Origin: Enterobacteria phage vB_EcoS_Rogue1
Length of the DNA stretch: 45,805 nucleotides
Sequence record: NC_019718.1
Reading direction: 5' to 3' (one strand)
Shown: positions 7,893 through 15,895 of the stretch, one piece after another
Numbering within the stretch: the stretch's first letter is position 1
Layout of the letters: every line of letters begins with the position of its first letter
Program-made: the position numbers and the translations under genes
The notes under the pieces: model-generated
Database searches by the model: none
What the model was told of the DNA's origin: nothing
The model's input: only the letters and a program-made list of their open reading frames with translations

Positions 7893-8991
7893 AATGCGTT
7901 ATGATAGCGCCAAGGTAAAAGCCCGTTTCGATGAGAACGGTTTTCTCGTGGACACCCCAGTGGTTGCTCGCGTAGGTGTACAAACCTACTATATGCCAGA
8001 TGGTTCAGAGCGCCGAGAGTTCCGTCCGGCTTCAGAGGTTTTTAAAGCCGATTCGCTGCAAAGTTACCAGGGTAAGCCGCTTACTCTTGGTCACGTGGTT
8101 GTAAACTCTGAAAATGCTAAAGAGGTGGTTGTTGGTTCTGTATCTGGGTCAGCAATGCGTCAGGACTCGGCAGTGATTGTTCCTCTTACCGTTTACGACA
8201 AGGAAGCAATTGAGAAGGCCAAGTCTGGCGTTGCTGGTGAGCTCTCTGTTGGCTACAACACTGTTGACATTGAGTCTCCTGGCTGGGGTAGTAATGAAAC
8301 GGGTGAGTACAAGCTTGATGGAGAGTACGCAAGCCAGGATGAGATTCCTGCTGATTGGGTACGCTTTGATGCGCTACAGACGAATATCGTTGTTAATCAT
8401 ATCGCACTCGTATATAAAGGTCGCGCAGGTATTGCTAAACTCAATCTGGACGCGGAACAGGAAAACCCGTATACTGATACCGTTCAATCAAATAAAGAGG
8501 ATAAATTGATGATTAAGATTAAACTCGATGGCGAACAGGAGTTCGAAATCGCCCCGGAAGTTGCTAAGCATATCGAAGCTGTTAAGGCTGATGCGGAGCA
8601 GGCTAAAGCTAAAGCTGACACTCTGGAAGCTGAGCGCGACGCACTGAAAGCTAAAGTTGATGGCATCCCCGCTGAAATCGAAGCTGCTTTAGCCAAAGCT
8701 AAGACTGATGCTGACGAAATGGCTGCCCTGGTCGCAGTTGCCGCAGAAGCTGGCGTTAAATGTGATGGCCTGGATGCTAAAGCAATCAAAGTTGCTTACG
8801 TTAAAGAAGTGTCTGGTATTGAAGTTGCTGAGAAATCTGACGCATACATCGATGCAGCCTTTGATATCGCTAAAGATAGTGATAAAATGGCCGAAGCCCG
8901 CAAAGCAGTTGCTGCTGCGGATAAATCTGACGCAGCCGACGCGCCTAAGAAATTAGACCCGCGCGCTCGCCTCGCTAAATTGAAAAAATAA
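7882..8991 (+). CDS. scaffolding-like protein (Ala/Lys/Glu-rich coiled-coil C-terminal half)
   Basis: C-terminal half is low-complexity AKAKAD/AEAE-rich, typical of scaffolds; lies between the head-morphogenesis and capsid genes. Confidence 0.55.
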   Translation: MKSKMRYDSAKVKARFDENGFLVDTPVVARVGVQTYYMPDGSERREFRPASEVFKADSLQSYQGKPLTLGHVVVNSENAKEVVVGSVSGSAMRQDSAVIVPLTVYDKEAIEKAKSGVAGELSVGYNTVDIESPGWGSNETGEYKLDGEYASQDEIPADWVRFDALQTNIVVNHIALVYKGRAGIAKLNLDAEQENPYTDTVQSNKEDKLMIKIKLDGEQEFEIAPEVAKHIEAVKADAEQAKAKADTLEAERDALKAKVDGIPAEIEAALAKAKTDADEMAALVAVAAEAGVKCDGLDAKAIKVAYVKEVSGIEVAEKSDAYIDAAFDIAKDSDKMAEARKAVAAADKSDAADAPKKLDPRARLAKLKK

Positions 8992-9002
8992 GGAGTCTTA
9001 AT

Positions 9003-9470
9003 ATGGCAATTCGTCGTCAAGCTACTGCTGGTATGGTTGCAGATACCTCTCTGTACAATATTGATGGTGCCTGTGTAACATCTTCGGCTCTCGTGCGCAA
9101 TGTTGGCACTGCTGTTGGAGTTGATTCTGTTGTTGATGGTCACAAGGTGCTGGTAGCTCCGGCACCTGGTAATGTTTACGGCGTTCTGGTAAGGTCGCAT
9201 TACGAGTCTCCTAAAGGAACTTATGGCGGTTCTGCTGGTGATGTTGACAACTTCTCCGTGTCTAACGTAATGACTCACGGTCGAATCTGGATGGCAACTA
9301 GCCTTTCAGCAGCTCCTGCATTTGGTAGCGCCGTTACCGTTGATGCCAATGGATTAGCAACAAGCGGCGGCACCTTAACTACTAACTGGACATTCGCAGG
9401 TGGATTCCAGGCAGCTGATGCCGCATCTGGAGAGCCAGCACTGGTTGAGGTTCAGGTTATCCAAAAATAA
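9003..9470 (+). CDS. head decoration or other abundant capsid-associated protein
   Basis: 155 aa, Gly/Ala/Val/Thr-rich; strong terminator immediately downstream suggests high expression; position inside the head module. Confidence 0.45.
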   Translation: MAIRRQATAGMVADTSLYNIDGACVTSSALVRNVGTAVGVDSVVDGHKVLVAPAPGNVYGVLVRSHYESPKGTYGGSAGDVDNFSVSNVMTHGRIWMATSLSAAPAFGSAVTVDANGLATSGGTLTTNWTFAGGFQAADAASGEPALVEVQVIQK

Positions 9471-9488
9471 CTATAAACGCTTAATCAA

Positions 9489-9510
9489 ACCTCCTTCGGG
9501 AGGTTTTTTA
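9489..9510 (+). terminator. rho-independent terminator
   Basis: ACCTCC-TTCG-GGAGGT hairpin followed by TTTTTT. Confidence 0.75.
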
Positions 9511-9563
9511 TTGCTCTTTTTCTGTTAGACTGTCAATGATTATTAACCAATCAGGAGATAAAG

Positions 9564-11009
9564 ATGGCTTACACAGAAATTGCTATGGCAGTAGGTAATT
9601 CACCTGAAACCTTAGCCAGAAACGTAAAAATGATGATTTCATCAGGATTCCAGCCATATGGCGACGTGCAGATGCTGAGCGGTACCCTATTTGGCATGAA
9701 GATGGCAAAAGGAACAGCAAACAACGTTGAAGACTTCATGGTTACATCAGACACCACAATTCAGGGTTTAGTTAACAGGGTTAACCGATATCTAGCACAG
9801 GGCTGGCGAAGGTTTGGTAATGCCCACTTCGAGGATGGCGCTTATATTTCAGCTCTGGCGAAAGGTGATTTTGTAAGTGATGAGGGCGGAGGTTCAGGTG
9901 AAGCAGGTCCACAAGGTCCGGTTGGTCCAGCTGGCCCCGCAGGCGTAGCTGGTCCGCAAGGTCCGCAAGGTCCACAAGGCCCAGCTGGTGCTACCGGCCC
10001 GGCAGGCGCGGCTGGCGCTAAAGGTGACACTGGCCCCGCAGGCGTAGCTGGTCCGCAAGGTCCACAAGGTGAGACTGGAGAAGCTGGTCCACAGGGTTCT
10101 ATCGGCCCAACAGGCGCCACAGGTCCATCCGGACCAAAAGGTGATAAAGGTGATGCAGGTCCAGTTGGCCCTGCGGGATTGACTTTCCGCGGGATGTACG
10201 ACGCAGCGACAGCTTACGTTAAAGATGATGTTGTTACATTCAATAGCTCCAGCTGGTTTGCTACCACCGCTGTGACCGGAGAGAATCCAGATATTAGCGA
10301 TTCCTGGGAGTTGCTGGCCGCACAGGGCGCCCCGGGTCCGCAAGGCGCAACTGGTCCAACAGGTCCAACTGGCCCGGCAGGTCCGGCAGGTATTCAAGGG
10401 GCTCAGGGAGAGAGAGGGATTCAGGGTGAGCAAGGTCCGTCAGGCCCGCAAGGCTTGCAAGGTGCAGCTGGTCCAGTTGGACCTCAAGGCCCAGCAGGTC
10501 CGCAGGGTGAGCGAGGAATACAGGGTCCGGTTGGCCCTCAAGGTCCAATTGGCCCTAAAGGCGATAAAGGTGACGCAGGGATGTCAAGATCATTCCTTAA
10601 AGTTAGAACATCACCAAATACAGGCACTAATCACATGATTAGGCTTCCAGCACCTTTAAGCAATATTTCTATAGGGATAAGACTGGATTCAAACATTCGT
10701 TTTAGTATTAGGGCTTGGATTGATGATGGCACTACAGCTAGAACTATAAGGGGTAATATTGAAGCGTTCAATGAAACTGGAGTTTACACTAACACAACAG
10801 TAAGAACTTCGATATCTACATCAACAGAAACTGGCACAGTACTTCTTGGTGATATTGGAGAGTTCCAAGGTATCAGGCCATACACTCTTAGTTTTTATGA
10901 AACCACAACAGACACAATGTGGAGAGCAACCATAAATCTATTTACAGCTGGATACATTGTGAATGGAAACCAAGCCCTATGCATAGAGCTAGTAAGGCTT
11001 GATGCATAA
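9564..11009 (+). CDS. collagen-like (Gly-X-Y repeat) protein with non-collagenous N- and C-terminal domains
   Basis: Two long runs of [12 protein letters not shown] triplets (about 9880-10180 and 10320-10580); opposite-strand ORFs here are repeat artefacts. Confidence 0.8.
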   Translation: MAYTEIAMAVGNSPETLARNVKMMISSGFQPYGDVQMLSGTLFGMKMAKGTANNVEDFMVTSDTTIQGLVNRVNRYLAQGWRRFGNAHFEDGAYISALAKGDFVSDEGGGSGEAGPQGPVGPAGPAGVAGPQGPQGPQGPAGATGPAGAAGAKGDTGPAGVAGPQGPQGETGEAGPQGSIGPTGATGPSGPKGDKGDAGPVGPAGLTFRGMYDAATAYVKDDVVTFNSSSWFATTAVTGENPDISDSWELLAAQGAPGPQGATGPTGPTGPAGPAGIQGAQGERGIQGEQGPSGPQGLQGAAGPVGPQGPAGPQGERGIQGPVGPQGPIGPKGDKGDAGMSRSFLKVRTSPNTGTNHMIRLPAPLSNISIGIRLDSNIRFSIRAWIDDGTTARTIRGNIEAFNETGVYTNTTVRTSISTSTETGTVLLGDIGEFQGIRPYTLSFYETTTDTMWRATINLFTAGYIVNGNQALCIELVRLDA

Positions 11010-11012
11010 AAT

Positions 11013-11037
11013 CAATAGAGAAATGATTACTCTATTG
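11013..11037 (+). other. perfect 8-bp stem hairpin (CAATAGAG, 9-nt loop, CTCTATTG) just after the collagen-like gene stop
   Basis: Inverted repeat read directly; no T-run follows, so a processing site or protein-binding site is as likely as a terminator. Confidence 0.4.
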
Positions 11038-11062
11038 TCCCAATCAAAATCTCGTGTATAAT
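11035..11062 (+). promoter_or_regulatory. sigma70-like promoter (TTGTCC, 16-bp spacer, TATAAT) upstream of the capsid gene
   Basis: Perfect -10 TATAAT at 11057-11062 with a 4/6 -35 hexamer. Confidence 0.4.
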
Positions 11063-11100
11063 TGACACGTAAACTCATAAACAAAAGGATGCATCTTAAT

Positions 11101-12048
11101 ATGACTATCAAACTTGACGCTTTCGAGCAAGAAAAGATTACTAACCACCTGCGAGCTATGGGCGTTGATAAGGCTGATGCGGCTGGTATCTGGACCGTGA
11201 AGCAGCTAACTGCAAGCCTGAATAAAGCTTACGAAACTGAGTACGACCAGAACTCCGTAGTAAACCTGTTCCCTGTAAGCAATGAAATTCCCGGCTATGC
11301 TAAGTACTTCGAGTATCCGGTATTTGATGGCGTTGGTATTGCTCAGATCGTAGCTGACTACACTGATGACCTGCCACTTGTTGACGCTTTAGCAACTGAA
11401 CGTCAGGGTAAAGTTTTCCGTTTTGGTAATGCTTTCTTGATTTCCATCGATGAAATTAAAGTTGGTCAAGCTACCGGTCAGTCACTATCTACTCGCAAGC
11501 AATCTCTTGCTTTCGAAGCTCACGATAAGCTGCTTGATAAACTGGTATGGTCAGGCTCTACTGCTCACGGTATCCCGAGTGTGTTCGACTATCCAAATAT
11601 CAACAACGTTGTTAGCGGTGGCTCATGGTCTCAACCAACTACAGCAGTAAGCGATATTACAAGTCTGCTGGATATTATCGAGACTTCAACCAATGGTCAG
11701 CACCGTGCAACTCACCTGCTTCTGCCTACTACCGCTCGTCGTATCATGCAGAACCTGGTTCCTGGTACCTCTGTTAGCTACGGTGAGTTCTTCCGCCAGA
11801 ACAACAGCGGAGTAACTGTTGAGTTCGTTCAGTACCTGAATGATTACAATGGCACTGGCACCTCTGCTGCTATTGCTTATGAGAAAGACCCTAACAACAT
11901 GGCCATCGAGATTCCTGAAGCGACTAACGCACTGCCAGCTCAGCCGAAGGATTTGCACTTCCGTGTTCCGGTAACTTCTAAAGCAACTGGTTTGATCGTG
12001 TTTAGGCCTTTAACGATGGCTGTAATGAAAGGCATTACTTTCGCGTAA
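11101..12048 (+). CDS. putative major capsid protein
   Basis: 315 aa (start refined to the ATG after AAAGGA RBS), flanked by strong terminators, positioned after the scaffold and before the neck genes. Confidence 0.65.
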   Translation: MTIKLDAFEQEKITNHLRAMGVDKADAAGIWTVKQLTASLNKAYETEYDQNSVVNLFPVSNEIPGYAKYFEYPVFDGVGIAQIVADYTDDLPLVDALATERQGKVFRFGNAFLISIDEIKVGQATGQSLSTRKQSLAFEAHDKLLDKLVWSGSTAHGIPSVFDYPNINNVVSGGSWSQPTTAVSDITSLLDIIETSTNGQHRATHLLLPTTARRIMQNLVPGTSVSYGEFFRQNNSGVTVEFVQYLNDYNGTGTSAAIAYEKDPNNMAIEIPEATNALPAQPKDLHFRVPVTSKATGLIVFRPLTMAVMKGITFA

Positions 12049-12063
12049 TAGCACTTTTTGATA
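12049..12063 (+). promoter_or_regulatory. palindromic box TAGCA-CTTTT-TGATA directly abutting the capsid stop, followed by a terminator hairpin
   Basis: Member of the repeated box family. Confidence 0.45.
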
Positions 12064-12069
12064 AGACAT

Positions 12070-12096
12070 AGCACCCTTCGGGGTGCTATTTTTGTT
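12070..12096 (+). terminator. rho-independent terminator
   Basis: AGCACCC-TTCG-GGGTGCT hairpin followed by ATTTTTGTTT. Confidence 0.75.
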
Positions 12097-12111
12097 TAAG
12101 GAGGAGCAAAC

Positions 12112-12597
12112 ATGAACTACAACGACTATTTCGCTTATGATGACGGAAAGATATTCTGGACTTCAAAAACAACAGATATGGCGCACAACATAAGACTTGG
12201 GGATGAGGCCGGGACTTGCAATGGTCTTGGTTACAAAAGGGTTATGTTGTTTGGTAAGCACACCATGGTTCATCACATAGTTTGGATCATGCATGGCAAT
12301 GAGATACCAAAGGGCATGGAGGTTGACCACTTGGATCATGATAGGCGCAACAACAGGATAGAGAATCTAAGGCTGGTAGACAGGGGTGTAAACATGAGGA
12401 ATAAGTCTACGTACAGGAACAGCAAGACCGGTCACCATGGAGTTACTATCAGGCCGGACAGTGGAAAGTATCGAGCTAAGATAACGATTAATAAGAAGGT
12501 TATCAACTTGGGTACTTTTGATTCAATAGATGACGCAATATCAGCCAGAAAGGATGCGGAAGTAAAGTATGGATTCCATGCCAACCACGGGGTATAA
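12112..12597 (+). CDS. HNH homing endonuclease with C-terminal AP2-like DNA-binding domain
   Basis: HNH core VDHLDHDRRNNRIENLRLV..N; C-terminal GVTIRPDSGKYRAKI...LGTFDSIDDAISARKDAEVKYGF resembles an AP2 domain; AGGAGG RBS. Confidence 0.85.
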   Translation: MNYNDYFAYDDGKIFWTSKTTDMAHNIRLGDEAGTCNGLGYKRVMLFGKHTMVHHIVWIMHGNEIPKGMEVDHLDHDRRNNRIENLRLVDRGVNMRNKSTYRNSKTGHHGVTIRPDSGKYRAKITINKKVINLGTFDSIDDAISARKDAEVKYGFHANHGV

Positions 12598-12625
12598 TCA
12601 AACAATCGAAACAAAGGAGGAAAGA

Positions 12626-12871
12626 ATGAAACTGTTACATAAAGGTGCTTGTGTTATCCGTCTTGGCGCAAAAGATTATCTTCCAGGCGACACTATCGAG
12701 GTTGAAGAGTTATCAGTTGGATTAAAGATTTTGGTAGCTGAAGGCAAGCTTGAGGTTGAGGATGACCATAAGGCAACTAAAGAAATCGAGCAGGAAGTTA
12801 AAGCCAAGGCTAAGCCTAAGAAGCAACCAAAGACTATTGATGAAGCTGAGAATGGCGGCGACTACAAATAA
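12626..12871 (+). CDS. hypothetical protein (81 aa, Lys/Glu-rich C-terminus)
   Basis: Start refined to the ATG after AAGGAGG RBS; followed by a terminator. Confidence 0.5.
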   Translation: MKLLHKGACVIRLGAKDYLPGDTIEVEELSVGLKILVAEGKLEVEDDHKATKEIEQEVKAKAKPKKQPKTIDEAENGGDYK

Positions 12872-12877
12872 ACCAAA

Positions 12878-12900
12878 AGGGCGCTTCGGCGTCCTTTATT
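12878..12900 (+). terminator. rho-independent terminator
   Basis: GGGCGC-TTCG-GCGTCC hairpin (one G-U pair) followed by TTTATT. Confidence 0.6.
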
Positions 12901-12915
12901 GTATGGAGATATCAA

Positions 12916-13317
12916 ATGAATGAAGAAGTAATTGCGTACATGCGCACGCTTTACCCGCCTCTTAAGAGTCAGCCTGATGATGTTCTTAACGCATGGATTG
13001 AGGTGGCCAGGCTATTTATCTGCTTAGATAAGTTTGGCGACAAGCAGGTTCAGGCATTGGCATTCTACACGCTTCACTTGCTTAGCCAGGATATCGCGCT
13101 TAAGACTGAGAATGATTCAAGCCAGACATCCTCTGAACGGGTCAAGTCCTACTCCCTTTCCGGTGAGTACACGATTAGCTACGATACAAGCACTGCCGCA
13201 GCGAGTTCATCTAACCTTGAAGCATCCTCGTGGGGTAAGCTTTACATTGATTTGATGCGTCGCAAGGTTGGTCGTTGGGGACTGATTACGGCTGGCGGCG
13301 CGAGGTGCTGCCGATGA
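12916..13317 (+). CDS. putative head-tail connector (gp6-like)
   Basis: 133 aa; first of four translationally coupled ORFs between the capsid and major tail genes; assignment by position. Confidence 0.45.
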   Translation: MNEEVIAYMRTLYPPLKSQPDDVLNAWIEVARLFICLDKFGDKQVQALAFYTLHLLSQDIALKTENDSSQTSSERVKSYSLSGEYTISYDTSTAAASSSNLEASSWGKLYIDLMRRKVGRWGLITAGGARCCR

Positions 13318-13682
13318 ATCATGCACTTTTGCAGCAGCAAATTAAAGCTGGTATCAATCTCCTGTCAGATGGTGATGGCGTTTTCGAAGCTACAACTCAA
13401 CCAACCATCTCGATCGTAAATGGCTACGAAGTGCGCACGCCTGGCACTTCATACACAGTGCGAGGTGTTATCCGTGAGTTTAAAGCGCGAGACATTGACG
13501 GTGAAATCATCAAATTTGGTGACCGTCGCGGAATTTTTACTGCTGATTCAGTTGTATCGGAAGGCGACCGCATCTACATTGACCGGGAAGCATATACAGT
13601 AATAGACCCGCGACCAGTGAAGCCAACAGGTACGGTAATCGCGTACAGGCCAGTGCTTAGGAGGGCTGCAACTTATGGCTAA
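13314..13682 (+). CDS. putative head-tail adaptor / head closure protein
   Basis: Start refined to an ATG overlapping the upstream stop (ATGA); position. Confidence 0.4.
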   Translation: MNHALLQQQIKAGINLLSDGDGVFEATTQPTISIVNGYEVRTPGTSYTVRGVIREFKARDIDGEIIKFGDRRGIFTADSVVSEGDRIYIDREAYTVIDPRPVKPTGTVIAYRPVLRRAATYG

Positions 13683-14103
13683 TGACGTTGTTATTTTCAG
13701 GAACTCAATTAACGCATGGATTGATGGCGTGACAGAGGGCGTAGAATTGATTGTGGAAGGCACGCTAACCAAGGCTACCAACGACATCGTTAAGCTATCT
13801 CCGGTTGATACGGGTCGATTCAGGGGCAACTGGCAGGCAACTGGCAACTCACCTGCCGCGCAGTCGCTGAATAATTACGACCCTGACGGCAATGAGACTC
13901 GTAACTCTCTTCGCAGGCAAATCTACGCACTGGCCAGGGATAACAATACGAAAGTAATTTACATTACCAACCGTCTTGATTATGCGCAATTTCTTGAGTT
14001 TGGTTCATCCAATCAGGCACCTTCTGGTGTTCTTGGAGTTGTCCAAAAGAGGCTTGGCCGTTACTTTGCTGAGGCGGTACAGGAGGCTAAACGTGCACTA
14101 TGA
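13675..14103 (+). CDS. putative neck protein (HK97 gp10-like)
   Basis: Contains DTGRFRGNW, resembling the conserved motif of gp10-like proteins (from memory); position. Confidence 0.5.
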   Translation: MANDVVIFRNSINAWIDGVTEGVELIVEGTLTKATNDIVKLSPVDTGRFRGNWQATGNSPAAQSLNNYDPDGNETRNSLRRQIYALARDNNTKVIYITNRLDYAQFLEFGSSNQAPSGVLGVVQKRLGRYFAEAVQEAKRAL

Positions 14104-14491
14104 AATGATGGTTGCAGCAAGGAAACTGGTTAGTGATGCGGCAGTTGATATTGCTGGCAGTCTACCAGTTGCTTACGAGAACTGCGGATTCACGCCACCC
14201 AAAAACGGAAGTTCATGGTTGAAGTTTGATTACACGGAGGTTGATAGTGTGACATGGGGATTGCAGCGAACATGCAGGTATTACGTAGGCATGGTTCAGG
14301 TCTCTATATTCTTTTCACCAGGTGAGGGGACTGATAGACCTCGCCAATTGGCTGGGCGATTGTCAGAAGCTTTCGCCGATGGTACAATGCTTGACAGCGG
14401 ATACATTTATGAAGGCGGATCCGTATTTCCTCCAGTGAAATCGCAATCCGGCTGGTTCATTCCTGTCCGATTCTACGTACGTATGGATTAA
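14093..14491 (+). CDS. putative tail completion / tail terminator protein
   Basis: GTG start 8 nt after AGGAGG (an ATG alternative is at 14105); position just before the major tail gene. Confidence 0.4.
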   Translation: MHYEMMVAARKLVSDAAVDIAGSLPVAYENCGFTPPKNGSSWLKFDYTEVDSVTWGLQRTCRYYVGMVQVSIFFSPGEGTDRPRQLAGRLSEAFADGTMLDSGYIYEGGSVFPPVKSQSGWFIPVRFYVRMD

Positions 14492-14505
14492 TTAAGGAGA
14501 TTTAC

Positions 14506-15156
14506 ATGGCCCATCTCAGCAATGGCACACAAATTTTTTTGCAAGGCTCTAAATCTGAATCGGTAGCCGTAACGGCTATCACTAACGCAGCTCAGCCAGT
14601 TATGACGGTAGCTGACGCTTCAACTTTCGCAGCTGGTGACTTCATTGTTGTTGAGTCATCTTCATGGTCTAAACTTTCAGAGAAACAGTTGCGAGTAGTT
14701 ACATCAACGGCTACAACAATTACCGTTGAAGGCATTGACACTACTGACCCGCTTCAGTTCCCAGCTGGCGGAACGGCATCGATCTACAAGGTTCTTACCT
14801 GGTATGAAATGCCTTGTGTTCAAGACGTTTCAACTGATGGCGGAGAGCAGCAGTTCGTTACTTATCAGTGCCTGGCTGATGACCGTGAGCAGCAGATTCC
14901 AACCTATAAGTCAGCGGTAAACACGACCTATACGTTTGCTCACGAGTTCACCAACCCGATCTACCCGGTACTCCGTAACTACGACGAGTCTGGCGCGCTG
15001 ATTGCGATTCGTGCATACGTTCCTAAAGCTGGCGAAGTTCGACTTTGGACTGGCACTATCGCGTTTAACGAAACTCCAAACGTTTCCGTTAACGAGATCG
15101 AAACTGTATCCGTAGCAATTACGGTACGTGGACGCTATAGCTTCCTGGCTGCATAA
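14506..15156 (+). CDS. putative major tail tube protein
   Basis: 216 aa; followed by a strong terminator; upstream of the chaperone pair and tape measure. Confidence 0.6.
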   Translation: MAHLSNGTQIFLQGSKSESVAVTAITNAAQPVMTVADASTFAAGDFIVVESSSWSKLSEKQLRVVTSTATTITVEGIDTTDPLQFPAGGTASIYKVLTWYEMPCVQDVSTDGGEQQFVTYQCLADDREQQIPTYKSAVNTTYTFAHEFTNPIYPVLRNYDESGALIAIRAYVPKAGEVRLWTGTIAFNETPNVSVNEIETVSVAITVRGRYSFLAA

Positions 15157-15162
15157 CAATCA

Positions 15163-15187
15163 AGCCCCTTCACAGGGGCTTTTTTTA
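15163..15187 (+). terminator. rho-independent terminator
   Basis: AGCCCCT-TCACA-AGGGGCT hairpin followed by TTTTTTT. Confidence 0.75.
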
Positions 15188-15229
15188 TGTTATAATTTCA
15201 ACTCAAACAAACACGAGAGGATTATTTAA

Positions 15230-15544
15230 ATGGCGAAATTCAAATTAAAATTAGGCGCGCTCCCTGATTTCAAGCTTCCGGTTAAGTTCCAGATGATCAA
15301 CGGCGAGGAAGCTGAGGTTATCTTCAATGCCAAGCACCGTAAGGCTAAGGAGATTCAGGAAGTATTCCAGACCGAAGGCCTTAAGGATTTTGACTTTGTT
15401 AAAGAGATTTGCAGCGGCTGGAACCTTGAAGAAGAATTTAACGACGAGAACATCGAAGAGCTGGTATCTCTGTTCCCCGCATCCGTTCTGGCACTGACTA
15501 ATGCTTACATGCAAGCTCTGGCGGGCCAGCGCGCAAAGGTCTAA
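15230..15544 (+). CDS. tail assembly chaperone (G-like)
   Basis: 104-aa acidic protein immediately upstream of the tape measure; canonical position. Confidence 0.6.
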   Translation: MAKFKLKLGALPDFKLPVKFQMINGEEAEVIFNAKHRKAKEIQEVFQTEGLKDFDFVKEICSGWNLEEEFNDENIEELVSLFPASVLALTNAYMQALAGQRAKV

Positions 15545-15861
15545 AGCGCGCAGTATATCTACAGTATCAAAGAGAGCCAACGGACGCCGAACTTGAAGCT
15601 ATTGGAATGCGGCGTTCCGATTACGAAGATGAGGATCCAGAGGAGTTACACTTCGATGATGACATGATGCTGGCATGGACTATTTATCAGGCGACCTCAA
15701 CTCAATGGCGTGTAGGTATGAACGGCGCTACCGGAATAGATTATTCAGTACTCCCTTTCCTCTTTGATGTGTATAATGTCAAGGACAAAGAGATGACTTT
15801 AAATGACTTGCGAATACTAGAGTGCAAAGCACTTGAGATGATGCAAGTAAGGCAAAAATAA
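15502..15861 (+). CDS. -1 frame extension of the tail assembly chaperone (GT-like frameshift product); downstream ORF lacks its own RBS
   Basis: The -1 frame is open from 15502 (after TAA at 15499-15501) through the chaperone stop (15542-15544) to 15861; the ATG at 15607 has no RBS. Confidence 0.4.
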   Translation, partial: CLHASSGGPARKGLKRAVYLQYQREPTDAELEAIGMRRSDYEDEDPEELHFDDDMMLAWTIYQATSTQWRVGMNGATGIDYSVLPFLFDVYNVKDKEMTLNDLRILECKALEMMQVRQK

Positions 15862-15862
15862 C

Positions 15863-15884
15863 CTCCCTTTGTGGAGGTTTTTTT
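15863..15884 (+). terminator. hairpin plus T-run (attenuator-like) immediately before the tape measure start
   Basis: CCTCC-CTTTGTG-GGAGG followed by TTTTTTT; the tape-measure RBS GGAGG lies just downstream. Confidence 0.45.
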
Positions 15885-15895
15885 ATGGAGGTTAC

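Noticed and set aside
8484-9278. Minus-strand Ala/Ser-rich ORFs (101 and 160 aa) inside the scaffold and decoration genes
   Set aside because: Antisense reading of Ala/Lys/Glu-rich coding sequence; low-complexity; no RBS.
9842-10548. Minus-strand ORFs of 84-179 aa antisense to the collagen-like gene
   Set aside because: Produced by the GC-rich Gly-X-Y codon repeats; Pro/Ala/Gly/Trp-rich antisense translations with no start context.
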